64,000 nt of DNA from an uncultured Nitrososphaerota archaeon (GTDB taxonomy: Archaea; Thermoproteota; Nitrososphaeria; Nitrososphaerales; Gagatemarchaeaceae). Every line of letters starts with the position of its first letter. Positions within the stretch are counted from its first letter, which is position 1. This document shows, one piece after another, positions 1 through 10,769 of the stretch. The stretch lies in NCBI GenBank assembly GCA_963718895.1, contig CAVRAG010000008.1, positions 1,152,001-1,216,000 of the forward strand. Direction: 5' to 3'. The position numbers and the translations under genes are program-made. The notes beneath the pieces were generated by a model. The model saw only the letters and a program-made list of their open reading frames with translations, was not told the DNA's origin and ran no database searches.

Positions 1-176
1 TCTCGAGAAGGCGGCCTGCAACACGAGCAAGCCTCGACTCAACAAGAGATGCGGATAGACGAACTGAGCGATTATTCGGAATGGCGTCAAGAGCGTCGCT
101 TGACTAACGAGAAGAATTCGGAGACTCTGGTCAATCAGGTAATATAGAAGGTCGCTGTCCCGCGCCTTTGTAAAAA

Positions 177-899
177 TTGGCTGAGGAAGAGAAGGACGAG
201 CACAACAAACTGTTCGGATACATCGGGCTACTAGCCGTAGCACTTATCGTGCTCATTAGCGGACTTCTAAGCTTAAGTTGGCCTACTGCACTGATAGGCG
301 CTCTTCTGTCAGCATTCGGAGCATTTGAAGTCAAGATTACCTACAGCAGAATCCAGTACGAGAACCAGAGCATCCAGGCAAAGCAGAGCGGACAGGGAAA
401 CATCCAAACCAATCAGACGAACCCCAGGCATTCTCCTGTCATTCATGCAGAGAACGTGTACTATGGAATTCCGAAACCTGATTCCGAACCGCGGGAAGCC
501 ATAGATCCGAAGACGACGAGACATGAGAGGCAAGTTCAACCTGACGATGCCGAATGGCTGGTCAATGGAGAGGTCAGATTCCAAGACTATGAGGAGTTCG
601 AATCGAAGCTCAACAAGGGAGACCAGCTCAAGGGACACGTTGAGTCGAAGGACCCGATTTCAGTCGAAATTATGGATAGTGAGAACTTCGAGGCTTTTGA
701 GGAAGATGATGACGAGGACAATTACGGTACACTGTGGAGTTCGCCTCGAACTACCGATTTCCAAGTCTCATACACCTCAACCGCAAAAAGAACCGTTCAC
801 TTGGTAATCATTGATGAGCTGGAAGATGACGATGAAGAGTCTGACGAGGAGGCCAAGGCCGTGGCTAGAATCAAGGTTATCCGCAAAAGTGTTGGATAA
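177..899 (+). CDS. Hypothetical membrane protein (2 N-terminal TM, acidic C-terminal domain)
   Basis: 240-aa ORF with two hydrophobic helices; stop overlaps the next start (TAATG). Confidence 0.7.
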   Translation: MAEEEKDEHNKLFGYIGLLAVALIVLISGLLSLSWPTALIGALLSAFGAFEVKITYSRIQYENQSIQAKQSGQGNIQTNQTNPRHSPVIHAENVYYGIPKPDSEPREAIDPKTTRHERQVQPDDAEWLVNGEVRFQDYEEFESKLNKGDQLKGHVESKDPISVEIMDSENFEAFEEDDDEDNYGTLWSSPRTTDFQVSYTSTAKRTVHLVIIDELEDDDEESDEEAKAVARIKVIRKSVG

Positions 900-2647
900 T
901 GGCTGCGCATGCAAAGAACAATAACAGAATCCCGAGTTCAGTGAGAGATTTCTCGGGAAAGCCTGAAGTTACGAACACCAAGGAATTCCTTGGTTTCAAG
1001 GATTGGCAGTTTGAACAAGAGACAAAAGCCAAGGATTGCATAATCGTTGCACGCCACCAGATTACTCCAACCCCCCATGGAGAAAGTAACTTGTTCACCT
1101 ACAGTGCTCTTGCGGAAACGAGTAATGACGGTCTACAGAAACTGCTTTCGAAGCCTGAATGGGATGTCGACCTGGAATTAGGACAACCCACATTCTACAC
1201 CAAAGGATTTGGAGGTTCGGTTCTATATGACTCTGGAACAACTCTTGAGAAGAATGGAATTGTGATTAGACCATTCGTGCTTCACCGCTTCTTCAACAAT
1301 TATGTTCCTACGGTGTTTCAACTCGTTCAGAATTTCATCTTGTACCATAACGCTTTCTTCGTTCGCGATAAATCCGAGTACCAAAGGATTGACGACGACG
1401 GAGAGATTCATTCCGTTGTCCGCATCATAGTTGAAGACAAGAATCAGGTTGTCTTGGTGGACGCCCACCACTTGAAGGATTACCTTGCGGCGAACAAGTG
1501 CTACCTAGTTCGCTACCACGATCACTTGCGTCACACGATGGACGAGATCGACGGCCTCACTAAGGGAGAGCCCATTCGTGGGAGTTTGGCAGGTGACACA
1601 TGGTCCTTCCAGCTCACGATCAGCGCTGATAGTTTCCTTGGCGAATGGAAGACTCTATCATGGCTTCACGGAAAAGATATCGTGTTCCCATATTCAGAAC
1701 CCGACAGGAGCCATACCTCGTTCGCGAGACAGGAGAGTGATAAAGAATTTGCCAAGTTCATCATAGCCCGTGACGAAAAAGGGAATGAAATCGAGTCAAC
1801 GTGCAACGATGACGAACTGAGCAACTACTTTGTCGATCGTGGGACACCCCATGCTCTAACCCCGGTTTACTTCAAGCGCGAAGTCCTCTCAAAATACTAT
1901 CAAGAACCGCGGCGCTTCGAAGTCACTGATTCAGAGGTCAACTGTCTCGGCATTTGGGGTATCACATTTGATATTACCGATGAAGGACTCGTCCAAGTCT
2001 GGCTTTACCACCTGGGGCAACTGCCCTACAACGAACAGGTATACTGGCGAGGATTCAACGTAGTACCCAAAGGAACGATCACCGCGCACCGATGGAGACG
2101 TGACTTCTTAGCTGAATTCGCCGACTCGAAAGATCCCGTGTTACACTTCAAGGAGGCCTTTAGCGAATTACAGACTTGGTACGCGACAGAATATGGTGCT
2201 CCTCTATTTTGCAAATTGGACGAAATGGATAAGCATGTGTTTGGTACTCTACACGTTCCTCTGACTGAAGAACAGAAGGAGTTCGACGAACAGATTCAGT
2301 CATTAGCTAAGGTTGTTGTTGATTCTCTCAACGTGCAACTCCTGTCCAGTCAGACAGGGCAAGAAATCGATGGAACGACGGTTAAGGATTCTATCGGTCT
2401 CCTTGCGGTCTTCCTGAAGAAGATTGGTCTTCCAGAGGAGGAAAGAGCTCAAGTCAGTGGCGCACTCTCCGCCATCCAAAGCATAAGATCATCCGGCGTA
2501 GCCCATCGCAAGGGAGAGAAGTTCCACGAGACATTGAAACGGTTTGGATTGGAAGGTCTATCAAACCAAGACAAGATGCAAAGACTCCTTGTGAACCTTA
2601 CCAGTGCGTTACTGTTGCTGAACCAGACAATCAAGCCGAAGTCGTGA
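899..2647 (+). CDS. Hypothetical protein, possible C-terminal HEPN-like domain
   Basis: 582-aa ORF, lower GC than backbone; RSSGVAH (Rx5H) in a helical C-terminus. Confidence 0.6.
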   Translation: MAAHAKNNNRIPSSVRDFSGKPEVTNTKEFLGFKDWQFEQETKAKDCIIVARHQITPTPHGESNLFTYSALAETSNDGLQKLLSKPEWDVDLELGQPTFYTKGFGGSVLYDSGTTLEKNGIVIRPFVLHRFFNNYVPTVFQLVQNFILYHNAFFVRDKSEYQRIDDDGEIHSVVRIIVEDKNQVVLVDAHHLKDYLAANKCYLVRYHDHLRHTMDEIDGLTKGEPIRGSLAGDTWSFQLTISADSFLGEWKTLSWLHGKDIVFPYSEPDRSHTSFARQESDKEFAKFIIARDEKGNEIESTCNDDELSNYFVDRGTPHALTPVYFKREVLSKYYQEPRRFEVTDSEVNCLGIWGITFDITDEGLVQVWLYHLGQLPYNEQVYWRGFNVVPKGTITAHRWRRDFLAEFADSKDPVLHFKEAFSELQTWYATEYGAPLFCKLDEMDKHVFGTLHVPLTEEQKEFDEQIQSLAKVVVDSLNVQLLSSQTGQEIDGTTVKDSIGLLAVFLKKIGLPEEERAQVSGALSAIQSIRSSGVAHRKGEKFHETLKRFGLEGLSNQDKMQRLLVNLTSALLLLNQTIKPKS

Positions 2648-2719
2648 TTTGTTCTTCTGAGTGAGATATGTTGCATAAAAGTATAATACTTATATGTAAT
2701 TTCAGCATTATGAAACACA

Positions 2720-3649
2720 TTGAAGCAGACGCTTGACAAGCTCACGTTCACAAAGTCCGAAGTATCGGCGTTCAGAGAAATCTCCAAGCGGTCGCTGTCT
2801 ATCACTGAACTCGCCGCAGATATGGGAAGATCGACGGCGTTGGCCAGCCACATCGTCAAATCACTCCAAGGCAAGGGCCTCGTGGACACCCAGAAGATGG
2901 GCATGCGGACGGTCGCCTCCATCGCCCAGAGGAGCCATGCGCAGCTTCTCTCGGACTTGCTTAGGAGCGAACCAAGCGTCCCCTGGGAAGATATCCTGTC
3001 GTACTCGACGATGGTGCTCCTTCTGGACAAGTTCGAAGGTCTGAACCTCAACGACCTCTCGAGGTCGACGAGATGGAGGGTGATGCGAAACCTTGCGGCG
3101 CACGGGATGCTCTCCGACACCTCTCTGGTCGCTTCGAACGCCGGGGTAAGACGCTTTCTCGACTCCTACGTCGAGTATGTCAGTAGGGTCTTCGCCTCGC
3201 AGGTCTTGCCTCCTGACGCCGTAATCATATGGAACCGCGGGTACAGGTACCTGCTCCGGGTCGAGACGCGCGATAGGCTCAAAGGAGATTTCACTAAGAC
3301 CGCGGTCTCGGCTTTAGCGTCGTACGGAATCCAGCTTGTCACCAAGGACGAATACTACTTCTACGCCAAAGGGGTCCGCAGCCTTACCTTCGAAGATGTC
3401 CTCATCCACACTCTGCTCATAGATCAGACGAGTCAGACCTACGCGACCTATGCATTGCTGGCCATATTCAAGAACCTAGACAGGGTGAAGTTCGATTCGC
3501 TCCTTGAAAAGGCTGAGGCCTACGGAATCAGGCAGTATGCCGAGTTGATTGAGCGATACGTCGACTCGAAGGGCGCGTCCCAGGTCAGCCCTTTACCGCG
3601 CTGGGCCGAGCTAAAGGAACAGGCCTCGGCATACGGTGTCGATCTATGA
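2720..3649 (+). CDS. Winged-helix protein, putative antitoxin of a nucleotidyltransferase TA pair
   Basis: N-terminal SITELAADMGRSTALASHIVKSL wHTH; AT-rich promoter at 2675-2700; ATGA overlap with next gene. Confidence 0.7.
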   Translation: MKQTLDKLTFTKSEVSAFREISKRSLSITELAADMGRSTALASHIVKSLQGKGLVDTQKMGMRTVASIAQRSHAQLLSDLLRSEPSVPWEDILSYSTMVLLLDKFEGLNLNDLSRSTRWRVMRNLAAHGMLSDTSLVASNAGVRRFLDSYVEYVSRVFASQVLPPDAVIIWNRGYRYLLRVETRDRLKGDFTKTAVSALASYGIQLVTKDEYYFYAKGVRSLTFEDVLIHTLLIDQTSQTYATYALLAIFKNLDRVKFDSLLEKAEAYGIRQYAELIERYVDSKGASQVSPLPRWAELKEQASAYGVDL

Positions 3650-4536
3650 CGCAGAGAAGGGAGTTCAGCCTCGGCTACATAGAGAATGAACTCACCCGCC
3701 TGGATTCAGGGCTCGCAAGCCCTCTGGACATCTACGTGGCCGGAGGTTTCGTCATGGCCCACCGCGGCCTGAAGCCTGGGACGAAGGACATCGACGTGGT
3801 CTTGGAGGACAGGCCGCGGTTCAGGAACCTCGTGAAGCTCCTTCTGCGCCACGGGTACCGCGAACTCACCGTAAACGTGCTCCCGTCAGCGTACGTGAAT
3901 CTCTTCGCGTCCGCGATACTTGAGAACAGCGACGGGTTCAGGTGGGACGTCTTCGAGAAAGTCGTGGCCGACAAGCTCGCCCTGACCGAGACCATGAAGT
4001 CGCGTGCGACGCCCTCGTACAAGAAGAAGAAGCTGAGGTTGTTCCTGCTGTCGAAGGAAGACGTCTTCCTTATGAAATCGGTGACGGACAGGGACCGCGA
4101 CCTAGAGGATATGTTCCTGCTCGCCCGGTCCGGGCTCGACTACGACGCGATATTCGAGGAATGTCTCGTCCAGTCCGAGCTGACGGACCGCGTCTGGGAG
4201 AGCGGCCTCTACGAAAGGTGCGAAGAGCTGAACGAGCGCTACGGAGTCAAGGTGCCATTCTTGAATAAGCTGAGAAGGGTGGCCGACGAGAAGACGATGA
4301 TGCGCGCGCTGACGAGCCTCATCAGGGATGGGCGAGACTCAGAGGGCGCATTGATTGCGGCCTCCAGAGGCAAGCTCCGGGCGGGCGACGTCTCATTCGG
4401 CCTGAAGGCTCTTCTGAGGAAGGGAAGAATCAAGGTGGCAGAAAGCGGAAGGATCACATTAGTGCAGGGGCACGCCAAAGCCAGCAGAAGGAAGTCCGGA
4501 AAGGCGGCGGCTCAGAAAGAACACGGAGGCAGATAG
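3646..4536 (+). CDS. Nucleotidyltransferase-fold protein (AbiEii/DUF6036-like)
   Basis: YVAGG, TKDIDVV and K...RDRDLED motifs. Confidence 0.75.
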   Translation: MTQRREFSLGYIENELTRLDSGLASPLDIYVAGGFVMAHRGLKPGTKDIDVVLEDRPRFRNLVKLLLRHGYRELTVNVLPSAYVNLFASAILENSDGFRWDVFEKVVADKLALTETMKSRATPSYKKKKLRLFLLSKEDVFLMKSVTDRDRDLEDMFLLARSGLDYDAIFEECLVQSELTDRVWESGLYERCEELNERYGVKVPFLNKLRRVADEKTMMRALTSLIRDGRDSEGALIAASRGKLRAGDVSFGLKALLRKGRIKVAESGRITLVQGHAKASRRKSGKAAAQKEHGGR

Positions 4537-4838
4537 AATAGGCATCTCAAGTCATACAGGTCTTGTAACCCATGTCATTGTTATCATGATTGTCATCTTT
4601 GAGCGCTCTGCAAGTCGAACTCCCATCATGAGACTAGACAACTTCTTTCAATTGAGGCTACTTGCATGACCGTGGATGGGTCCATCGCACGAGCAGCCCG
4701 TGCCTGTCTCGATCCAAAGAGGACATCGGCGGAGATGGCGGGATTGTTCGATGCGAGCGACCAATACAAGTGGATGAGCCTGCCAAGAAGCCCTCCAAAA
4801 GTCTCAATAGCACGAAGTCAATCCCGATTCGGAGGAAG

Positions 4839-5513
4839 ATGACCTATCTCTTAGGGGCGAGATGCAAGGACGGAGTGGTTATGATAGCAGACACGAAATC
4901 CATCGAAGAGGCCACGGGGCGAGAAAAAACAACTTATGACAAAATCACCAGGATTTCTCAATCGGTGGTCTTGGGAGCCTCGGGGTTTTCCGATTTCCGA
5001 CGTTCTCTATTGCGGCGCATGGGCATCGCACCAGAAGGACAAGAACCCAAACCGTTTCTAAACAATCTTGAGGAAACCTTCGAGCAGATGGCAAGAATTC
5101 ATGGCAATGATTTCCGTGGGAACATTGGACTACTCGTAGGGACTCGCGAAGGTGAGAAATGCCAATTATACGCTGCAGAAAACCGAGGGTTGGCTGTGCC
5201 AGTGACGACTTACCGAGCTTTGGGGAGTAGTCCGCAATGCGGCGAGCTGTTCCTTAGCAAGTTCTGGGGTGGAAGCCTCACTATGGAGCAGACCGCCGCG
5301 CTTGGTCTTCTTGTAATCGAATTCATAGAAACCTACAAACTCGATCCATACGTCGGAATCAAAGGGACGGGAGAGCCGAACATCTGGTTCATGGAAGATG
5401 GAATAAGCGGCCTAACTTACAAACTCAGCCCTGCGATGTTGCCAAAGCTGGAATCCTATGCCAAAGAGAAACTTGGGAAGATAGACCAACTAATCGCTGG
5501 TTGGGGGAACTAG
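4839..5513 (+). CDS. Proteasome beta-subunit-like Ntn hydrolase
   Basis: GGAGG at 4831-4835, then MTYLLGARCKDGVVMIADTK (Thr1); DKITRI, ALGS and DPYVG motifs. Confidence 0.8.
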   Translation: MTYLLGARCKDGVVMIADTKSIEEATGREKTTYDKITRISQSVVLGASGFSDFRRSLLRRMGIAPEGQEPKPFLNNLEETFEQMARIHGNDFRGNIGLLVGTREGEKCQLYAAENRGLAVPVTTYRALGSSPQCGELFLSKFWGGSLTMEQTAALGLLVIEFIETYKLDPYVGIKGTGEPNIWFMEDGISGLTYKLSPAMLPKLESYAKEKLGKIDQLIAGWGN

Positions 5514-5649
5514 CCACCCGTTTCAGACACCCGCCTTGGACACCATGAGAATTGGACAATGTACACAGGTGCACAGGCTGCCAAAATCATTCAAAAAAAC
5601 AACTGGTCAGATATGAAGAATAACAGATGGTTTCAAGGTCTCAACTCCT

Positions 5650-6045
5650 TTAGGATCCACACGCCCGTGTTGGGACCGTGCCAAGTGACCAAGGTTCCCC
5701 ATATGAACTTTCAATCACGATCCATATTTGTGTTGGGCAACCATAGTCGGCACCGATAATAGTCAATGGACTATTCTGGTATGGTGCGCCAACAGCGGCA
5801 TTATGCCACGTGCCCCCAGAGTTCATGCACATGAGCGATGGGTCGAAGGCAAGGACAGCTGCGTCACTAGCAAAATAACTGTTAGTGGTAGTGCTCGACT
5901 CCATCATGTCCACGCTGGGATTGCCGCTGGAAGCAACACCTGTCGAGGAACCGACACCTACTTGCCCGACGCTAGAGCAACCCGAATTGGAATAATCCCA
6001 ATGGTGCGACCCTCCGTGAGAGACCGGATGTTGCTGGAGTTCAGA
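5650..6045 (-). pseudogene. C-terminal remnant of a secreted Ser/Thr/Gly-rich protein
   Basis: Secreted-type composition, no N-terminus; abuts the end of the 6057-6877 cassette. Confidence 0.4.
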
Positions 6046-6056
6046 GTAACCCGCAG

Positions 6057-6836
6057 CTAAAGGCCGTCGACAGGGACCTCAGAGGCATTCAATACCAACG
6101 TCCCCGTTGTTTCGACGGTCAAAGTGAAGTGAACGAAGGCGATCTGTCCCCACTCGTCCTGTGCAAGCACCGTGTAGAAGCCTGGCGGGAACGGATTGAA
6201 GGTTGCAGAGGAGGAGGTACCGGTCCAGTACCCGGTTCCGGCGTAGTTCCCGAAGACTAGTTCTCCAAGAGAGGTCTCGTCGCTGAGCGGGAGAAAGAGA
6301 TAGTAGCGTGGTGGTGAGTTGTTCCCTACGCATTCAACAGGAACTACGGTGCTGTAGAGAGTCAGTGCGCTGCCTGCGGAGTAGTTACTGGCATCATAAT
6401 TTCCCTTGAAGACCGCGTATTGGATGGGAAAACTATCTGAGCCTCCGCACGGGTCGCTGCCGGTCTTGCCAGGCGATATGGGCCAGCCATCAGCCACGGT
6501 CACAGTGTTCATCTTGTTCAGAAGGTTGGTAGCATTTGTGTTGATGATCAGAGCGCCGGTCGCATTCGTGGAGATTCTGAGGTCAAGGATCAACCCCAAC
6601 GAAGTGTTCTGCGTGGAGGCAAAAGGGACAGGTATGTGAACCGAGGAGGTCGTGCCTACGGCACCTGAAGCGGTAGTGATTCTGGTGACGGTCACTGTCG
6701 TTGTTACGGTGGCGGTCCTCCCTTCGTAGGATGATGCATAAATCGCGGCGCCGATGATGAGCGCGCCTACCACCATGGCTATCGCTGGTCCGGTGTACCT
6801 GCGAGGCGGCTGGCTGTTCTGAAGAGACAATCTCAA
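6057..6836 (-). CDS. Membrane-anchored secreted protein (GTTCGGAC cassette gene)
   Basis: N-terminal TM, Thr-rich linker; motif at 6855-6877. Confidence 0.75.
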   Translation of the reverse strand: MRLSLQNSQPPRRYTGPAIAMVVGALIIGAAIYASSYEGRTATVTTTVTVTRITTASGAVGTTSSVHIPVPFASTQNTSLGLILDLRISTNATGALIINTNATNLLNKMNTVTVADGWPISPGKTGSDPCGGSDSFPIQYAVFKGNYDASNYSAGSALTLYSTVVPVECVGNNSPPRYYLFLPLSDETSLGELVFGNYAGTGYWTGTSSSATFNPFPPGFYTVLAQDEWGQIAFVHFTLTVETTGTLVLNASEVPVDGL

Positions 6837-6854
6837 CGATATGAACTCATTTTG

Positions 6855-6877
6855 TGATTAATAGTTTTGTCCGAACG
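6855..6877 (-). promoter_or_regulatory. CGTTCGGACAAAACTATTAATCA cassette-start/promoter motif
   Basis: Recurs at 17638, 17711(+), 18317 (degenerate), 29735, 37461, 54303 and 60423, a short distance upstream of a gene or gene remnant. Confidence 0.8.
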
Positions 6878-6918
6878 CGAATCCCCACAATGGCAAAAGG
6901 GAAGGCCGCCATTATAAG

Positions 6919-8001
6919 TCAGGTCATTGTAAAGTACATGTAATCGTTTACGGGTACAGAGGTTACTGTGTAACACGAGTTGGGGAGGGTCAAGCTGTTT
7001 GTTTCAACGGTGTAGGCGCCTTGAGAAGAAGTAGACTTACACGAAGAAGCAGTATTGGTGCCCGCAGAGTTGTAGAGGTATTGTGTGATTGTCACAGATG
7101 GACTCCCACTAGGCCCGGAACATGGATTGCCAGACCCATTGAAACAGGCGGTAGAACCATTGTTGTAGCCGAGGACGTTCCATTCGGCGGCTGTCCACCC
7201 CGCGGCCAGGTCGAGTACAGCATACGTGACCGACACACCGTGGCAGGTGCCGCCATTGCAGAAGATGGCTTCGTCATACCCACCATTGTCAGCGTAGGCC
7301 TTCACTTGATAGCTAGCAAGACTCGTTGCAGGCTCCGAAGCCAAAACCGAGCCCGTCCCACTACTTCCGAAACAATTTGTCCCAACTTTTTGCCAGTAAG
7401 GATATGCTAAGCCTGTGTAGGTAGTTGGGCATGTGGTTTGCGTTCCGCTAATGTAGCCAAGCAGCCAGTACTGAATGAAGACATAGCCGTTACCAGAGCC
7501 TGGACTTACGAAAACCAATTGTTCGAGGCAGTTCGCATTTATCCCACCCGTGTCGGAAGTGTTACAGGTGAATTTATTACTATTATCTTGTATTGTGTAA
7601 TAGTTATTTCCTGAGGCATTGTCTGCCTCGGATGTGACACCGCTCATTGAGCTTACGTACCCCTGCGACTCTCCAATATTGCCTGATGAGATTTGCGCAG
7701 AATAATCATTGCCGTCACCCACCTTAAGGATCAGTGATGGAGCGGGGCCACAGCTGCTTTCGCCTCCCACCCACTCTACAACGGGAAAAGTAGCTTCGAA
7801 ACACCCCGCAGATGGCATTGGCAGATTTGTGACCTGTTGCTGCCAGCTGGAGTATTCGGGGGTCGGGCCTGGAACAGGCGTTACTGTCGGTTGTGTAGCT
7901 GCATACGCCACATTTCCGAATGATCCCAAAAGGAGCAACCCCAAGACGATTGCCGCGCTCCACCGGAAAAGCTTCAGGCTGACAGTCGCCGCGGATTCCA
8001 T
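6919..8001 (-). CDS. Secreted Cys-rich protein
   Basis: Signal peptide ending AYA; paired cysteines; 360 aa. Confidence 0.75.
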   Translation of the reverse strand: MESAATVSLKLFRWSAAIVLGLLLLGSFGNVAYAATQPTVTPVPGPTPEYSSWQQQVTNLPMPSAGCFEATFPVVEWVGGESSCGPAPSLILKVGDGNDYSAQISSGNIGESQGYVSSMSGVTSEADNASGNNYYTIQDNSNKFTCNTSDTGGINANCLEQLVFVSPGSGNGYVFIQYWLLGYISGTQTTCPTTYTGLAYPYWQKVGTNCFGSSGTGSVLASEPATSLASYQVKAYADNGGYDEAIFCNGGTCHGVSVTYAVLDLAAGWTAAEWNVLGYNNGSTACFNGSGNPCSGPSGSPSVTITQYLYNSAGTNTASSCKSTSSQGAYTVETNSLTLPNSCYTVTSVPVNDYMYFTMT

Positions 8002-8279
8002 GGGATTTTCTTGGCTCGTTGTCTATTTAGGGGCTGTGGCTTACAATGTGACACAGATGCCGGCAGGTGCATGATCGGCGCTGAGAGTCGGATACACCCA
8101 CTTGTGGAACGAATTGCAGTTATTTCTGATCCGCGCTTCCTAGTAGCTGAGAATTCCACTCCGGCAGATCGTAGTATTTGGTCATTGGAAAGGCACTTTG
8201 AATACAAGATTCCCTAAACAGTTTAATTGGACCGGAAGGGATTCTCGTCTTACTCCCTGACCTCAACGAGGACTTCTAT

Positions 8280-8448
8280 CATCACATGGACTCAACGATA
8301 TATGTGAACACGGGCTTCGGACAGTCACGACCACCACTTACTCTTATCCGACGGGGATAATTAATTCGTCTGCTATCTCTTTCACCACAGTTACCAACAG
8401 CACACTTACATTCTCAAATCAAACAGTTGGACCCAGCATCTCCTGCTA
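8280..8448 (+). pseudogene. C-terminal remnant paralogous to the 63660-64000 gene
   Basis: Reads YSYPTGIINSSAISFTTVTNSTLTFSNQTVGPSISC* versus YTYPATITNSSAVSFTTVTNRTLTASNQTQTESISC*. Confidence 0.7.
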
Positions 8449-9029
8449 GCGCTCGTTTGGAGCGACTCTTGCCCAAGATCTGGTTAGGAATTACTTCTTG
8501 CCGATGGGCATCTATTCAGGTTGGTATCGTTCTAAGGTGGTCAAGACGCCGCCGGGAAACAAGCTAATCCTTCAGCATGACTACGGCCCGAAGTGGACAG
8601 TTTTTCCGAAGGAGTATTACACCGAGGTTATCAAGTCGCTTGGTCAAGACGAAGTGAGCATTGTCGCTCACGACGGGCTCCTTGAGTTCGACTATCGATA
8701 GTGAGGCATCATTAGACGGCCACCTTCGAACCGACCCAAGTCGTCGAGTGACCGGACTGCCGATGTCCCAGAGTTCTCAGCGTGTCACATATCTCGGGTG
8801 ATTTGAACACACAATCTTCGGCTCACCCGGCACACTCCTCCGCCCTCTCGCTCGAGAGACCTTATCCCACTTTTCTAAGGTTTTCTGATAAGGTATGTCG
8901 GTCATTGCAACTTTTGTACGGCTAATCGGCACTTATGCTTCTCTGATTGGGTAGAGGCGCCACCGGGGGGGGAATTTGCTAATCTGGCTCCGCTTTCAGT
9001 TCCCGCTAACGTGCTTGTTCTTGAACCAC

Positions 9030-9420
9030 TCAGAGAGTCTGATATCGAGATCTCCATTGAACGGGTCTCCACTAACTCGACGGTCGAGAGCGAGGAGGAG
9101 AGAGTGACCGTCGAGTTACCCACAGTCTCCACCATGGTGAAGTTATCGTGATAGTCACCGAGTACGTTCCGGAGACGTTCCCCACGACCTGGAGCAGCCA
9201 GCCTCCCTGCGCGACCAGGACGGCGCCGTCGTACGACCGGGAGTACGAGTATGAAGTCGTATTGGGCCCGAGCAAGACTGAGGGAGTCACCGCGAACTCA
9301 TTGCCGAGGTAGAGAGAGTCGTCCGGATTGGAAGGTATATAGCCAATCGACGAAGAGATTTAGTTCGCGTATGCGTCATATGGGTCCTTGAATGGGGAAA
9401 ACGACGCTGAAACGAAAATC
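9030..9420 (-). pseudogene. Decayed 5' fragment of the large secreted gene at 29763-32037
   Basis: GGWLLQVVGNVSGTYSVTIT and MVET.GNST.TLSSSLS shared with 31600-31960; stops and frameshifts. Confidence 0.8.
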
Positions 9421-9645
9421 AGCGGTAATACTGTGGCCCGCTGCGAATATTGCAAATCGCACTGCTTTTTCACGGACGCAGGCGACATTAAGGCTCAAGC
9501 ATAGGAAGGGATTGTTGAATTGGTTGAAATCGAATACTCGTTAAACATCGTCGCAGTAAGGCCTCAAATGTGAGAATCTTACTCATCTCTACCTCTCTGC
9601 TACAAACGTGGAAAAAGGGAAAAGTCGATCCAGTTCTTCTCATGA

Positions 9646-10173
9646 CTAGGAGAAATCAATCCTTATGAATTGATCTTCGACTTCTATATTGATTTTGTTT
9701 TTCGAGCTTGCTCCATAGGCGCTGACTATGTATGACTTGAGGAATCTCGACCACCTGACGCCATAGGGATGGCGTAACATTAATGCCCGATTACCTGCGA
9801 CCATGCCACCCTCATGATAGAACCAATGAGAATGATTCGCCAGAATTTCTGTAACGAATTCCCTAAAAGTGAGTGACCTGCCGTCAGAATCGTATAGCTC
9901 GTGAACTAGTCGAAAATTCTTTTGAGCAACATCAGATGCACCCGTCTCCAACGAATCGAGGTTGGTGGCATTTAGGATCGTCTGGAAGGTGTTCGAACTC
10001 ATCGTAATTTCTTGAAATGCCGGGAAAAGTGGGTCAATGGCCAATCTTTCTGCCAGCACGCGGCTCACGAACGCATTTTAGCTCATTTGCGCGCGTTTTG
10101 TTGCTCGATCAAGCAATTCGAGTAGCGCGGTATCGAGCCGAAATGTCTTGGTTCGAGACTTTGGTTCTTGCAT
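9646..10173 (-). pseudogene. RHH-like N-terminus protein with an in-frame stop
   Basis: ATG at 10173 gives MQEPKSRTKTFRLDTALLELL; TAA at ~10078-10080 is in frame with ORF 9646-10068. Confidence 0.6.
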
Positions 10174-10179
10174 AGACAA

Positions 10180-10644
10180 TCACGATTGGACAGTGATAGT
10201 GGTATTAGCAGAAATCAGTTGTCCGTTGCTAAGCGTAATCGTTACAACGATGAAGTAACTTGCTCCAGAGCTTAGCCCGGAGCCAAAGTCATGCATCCCA
10301 ATTGCGGAATCCCCAATGGCTAACGGGTTTGATTGGCTGACGGCCATGCCATTGTAGCTGAAGATGATGTTGTGGGCGGCACCTGCCATGGATGGATTGG
10401 TACTTGATACATCGATACGGGTAAACGGATAGTTCGCTCCATTAGAGACAGTCAGATTCAGGACACCTGCACCCGATTCGGAATTTGCCGTGATGGTTCC
10501 CTTCAAGCTCGCGAGAGGCCCTCCGGGCGCAACATTGACCAGATCAGTAGGCGGGAAGAAAGTCAGACCGACCACGACCATGGCGATTGCTAGTGCGAGC
10601 GCGATACCGACTGTTGAAAACGTTCGCTTGCTCTTCAGCGTCAT
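10180..10644 (-). CDS. Membrane-anchored beta-rich protein
   Basis: N-terminal TM; Ig-like alternating pattern. Confidence 0.7.
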   Translation of the reverse strand: MTLKSKRTFSTVGIALALAIAMVVVGLTFFPPTDLVNVAPGGPLASLKGTITANSESGAGVLNLTVSNGANYPFTRIDVSSTNPSMAGAAHNIIFSYNGMAVSQSNPLAIGDSAIGMHDFGSGLSSGASYFIVVTITLSNGQLISANTTITVQS

Positions 10645-10769
10645 AACCCCCCCAAGGCCGAGATGACTAAATACATCTACGCCGTCGAATAGCCTGTATG
10701 TTGCTTACAAAGCCTTTGAAGGATATTCTAAGGCTTAGAAATAAATCTGAAGATGGTGAATCATGATTA

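Noticed and set aside
4662-4838. Propeptide-like extension of the proteasome-beta ORF
   Set aside because: The SD and Met-Thr at 4839 give a better start; the extension looks non-coding.
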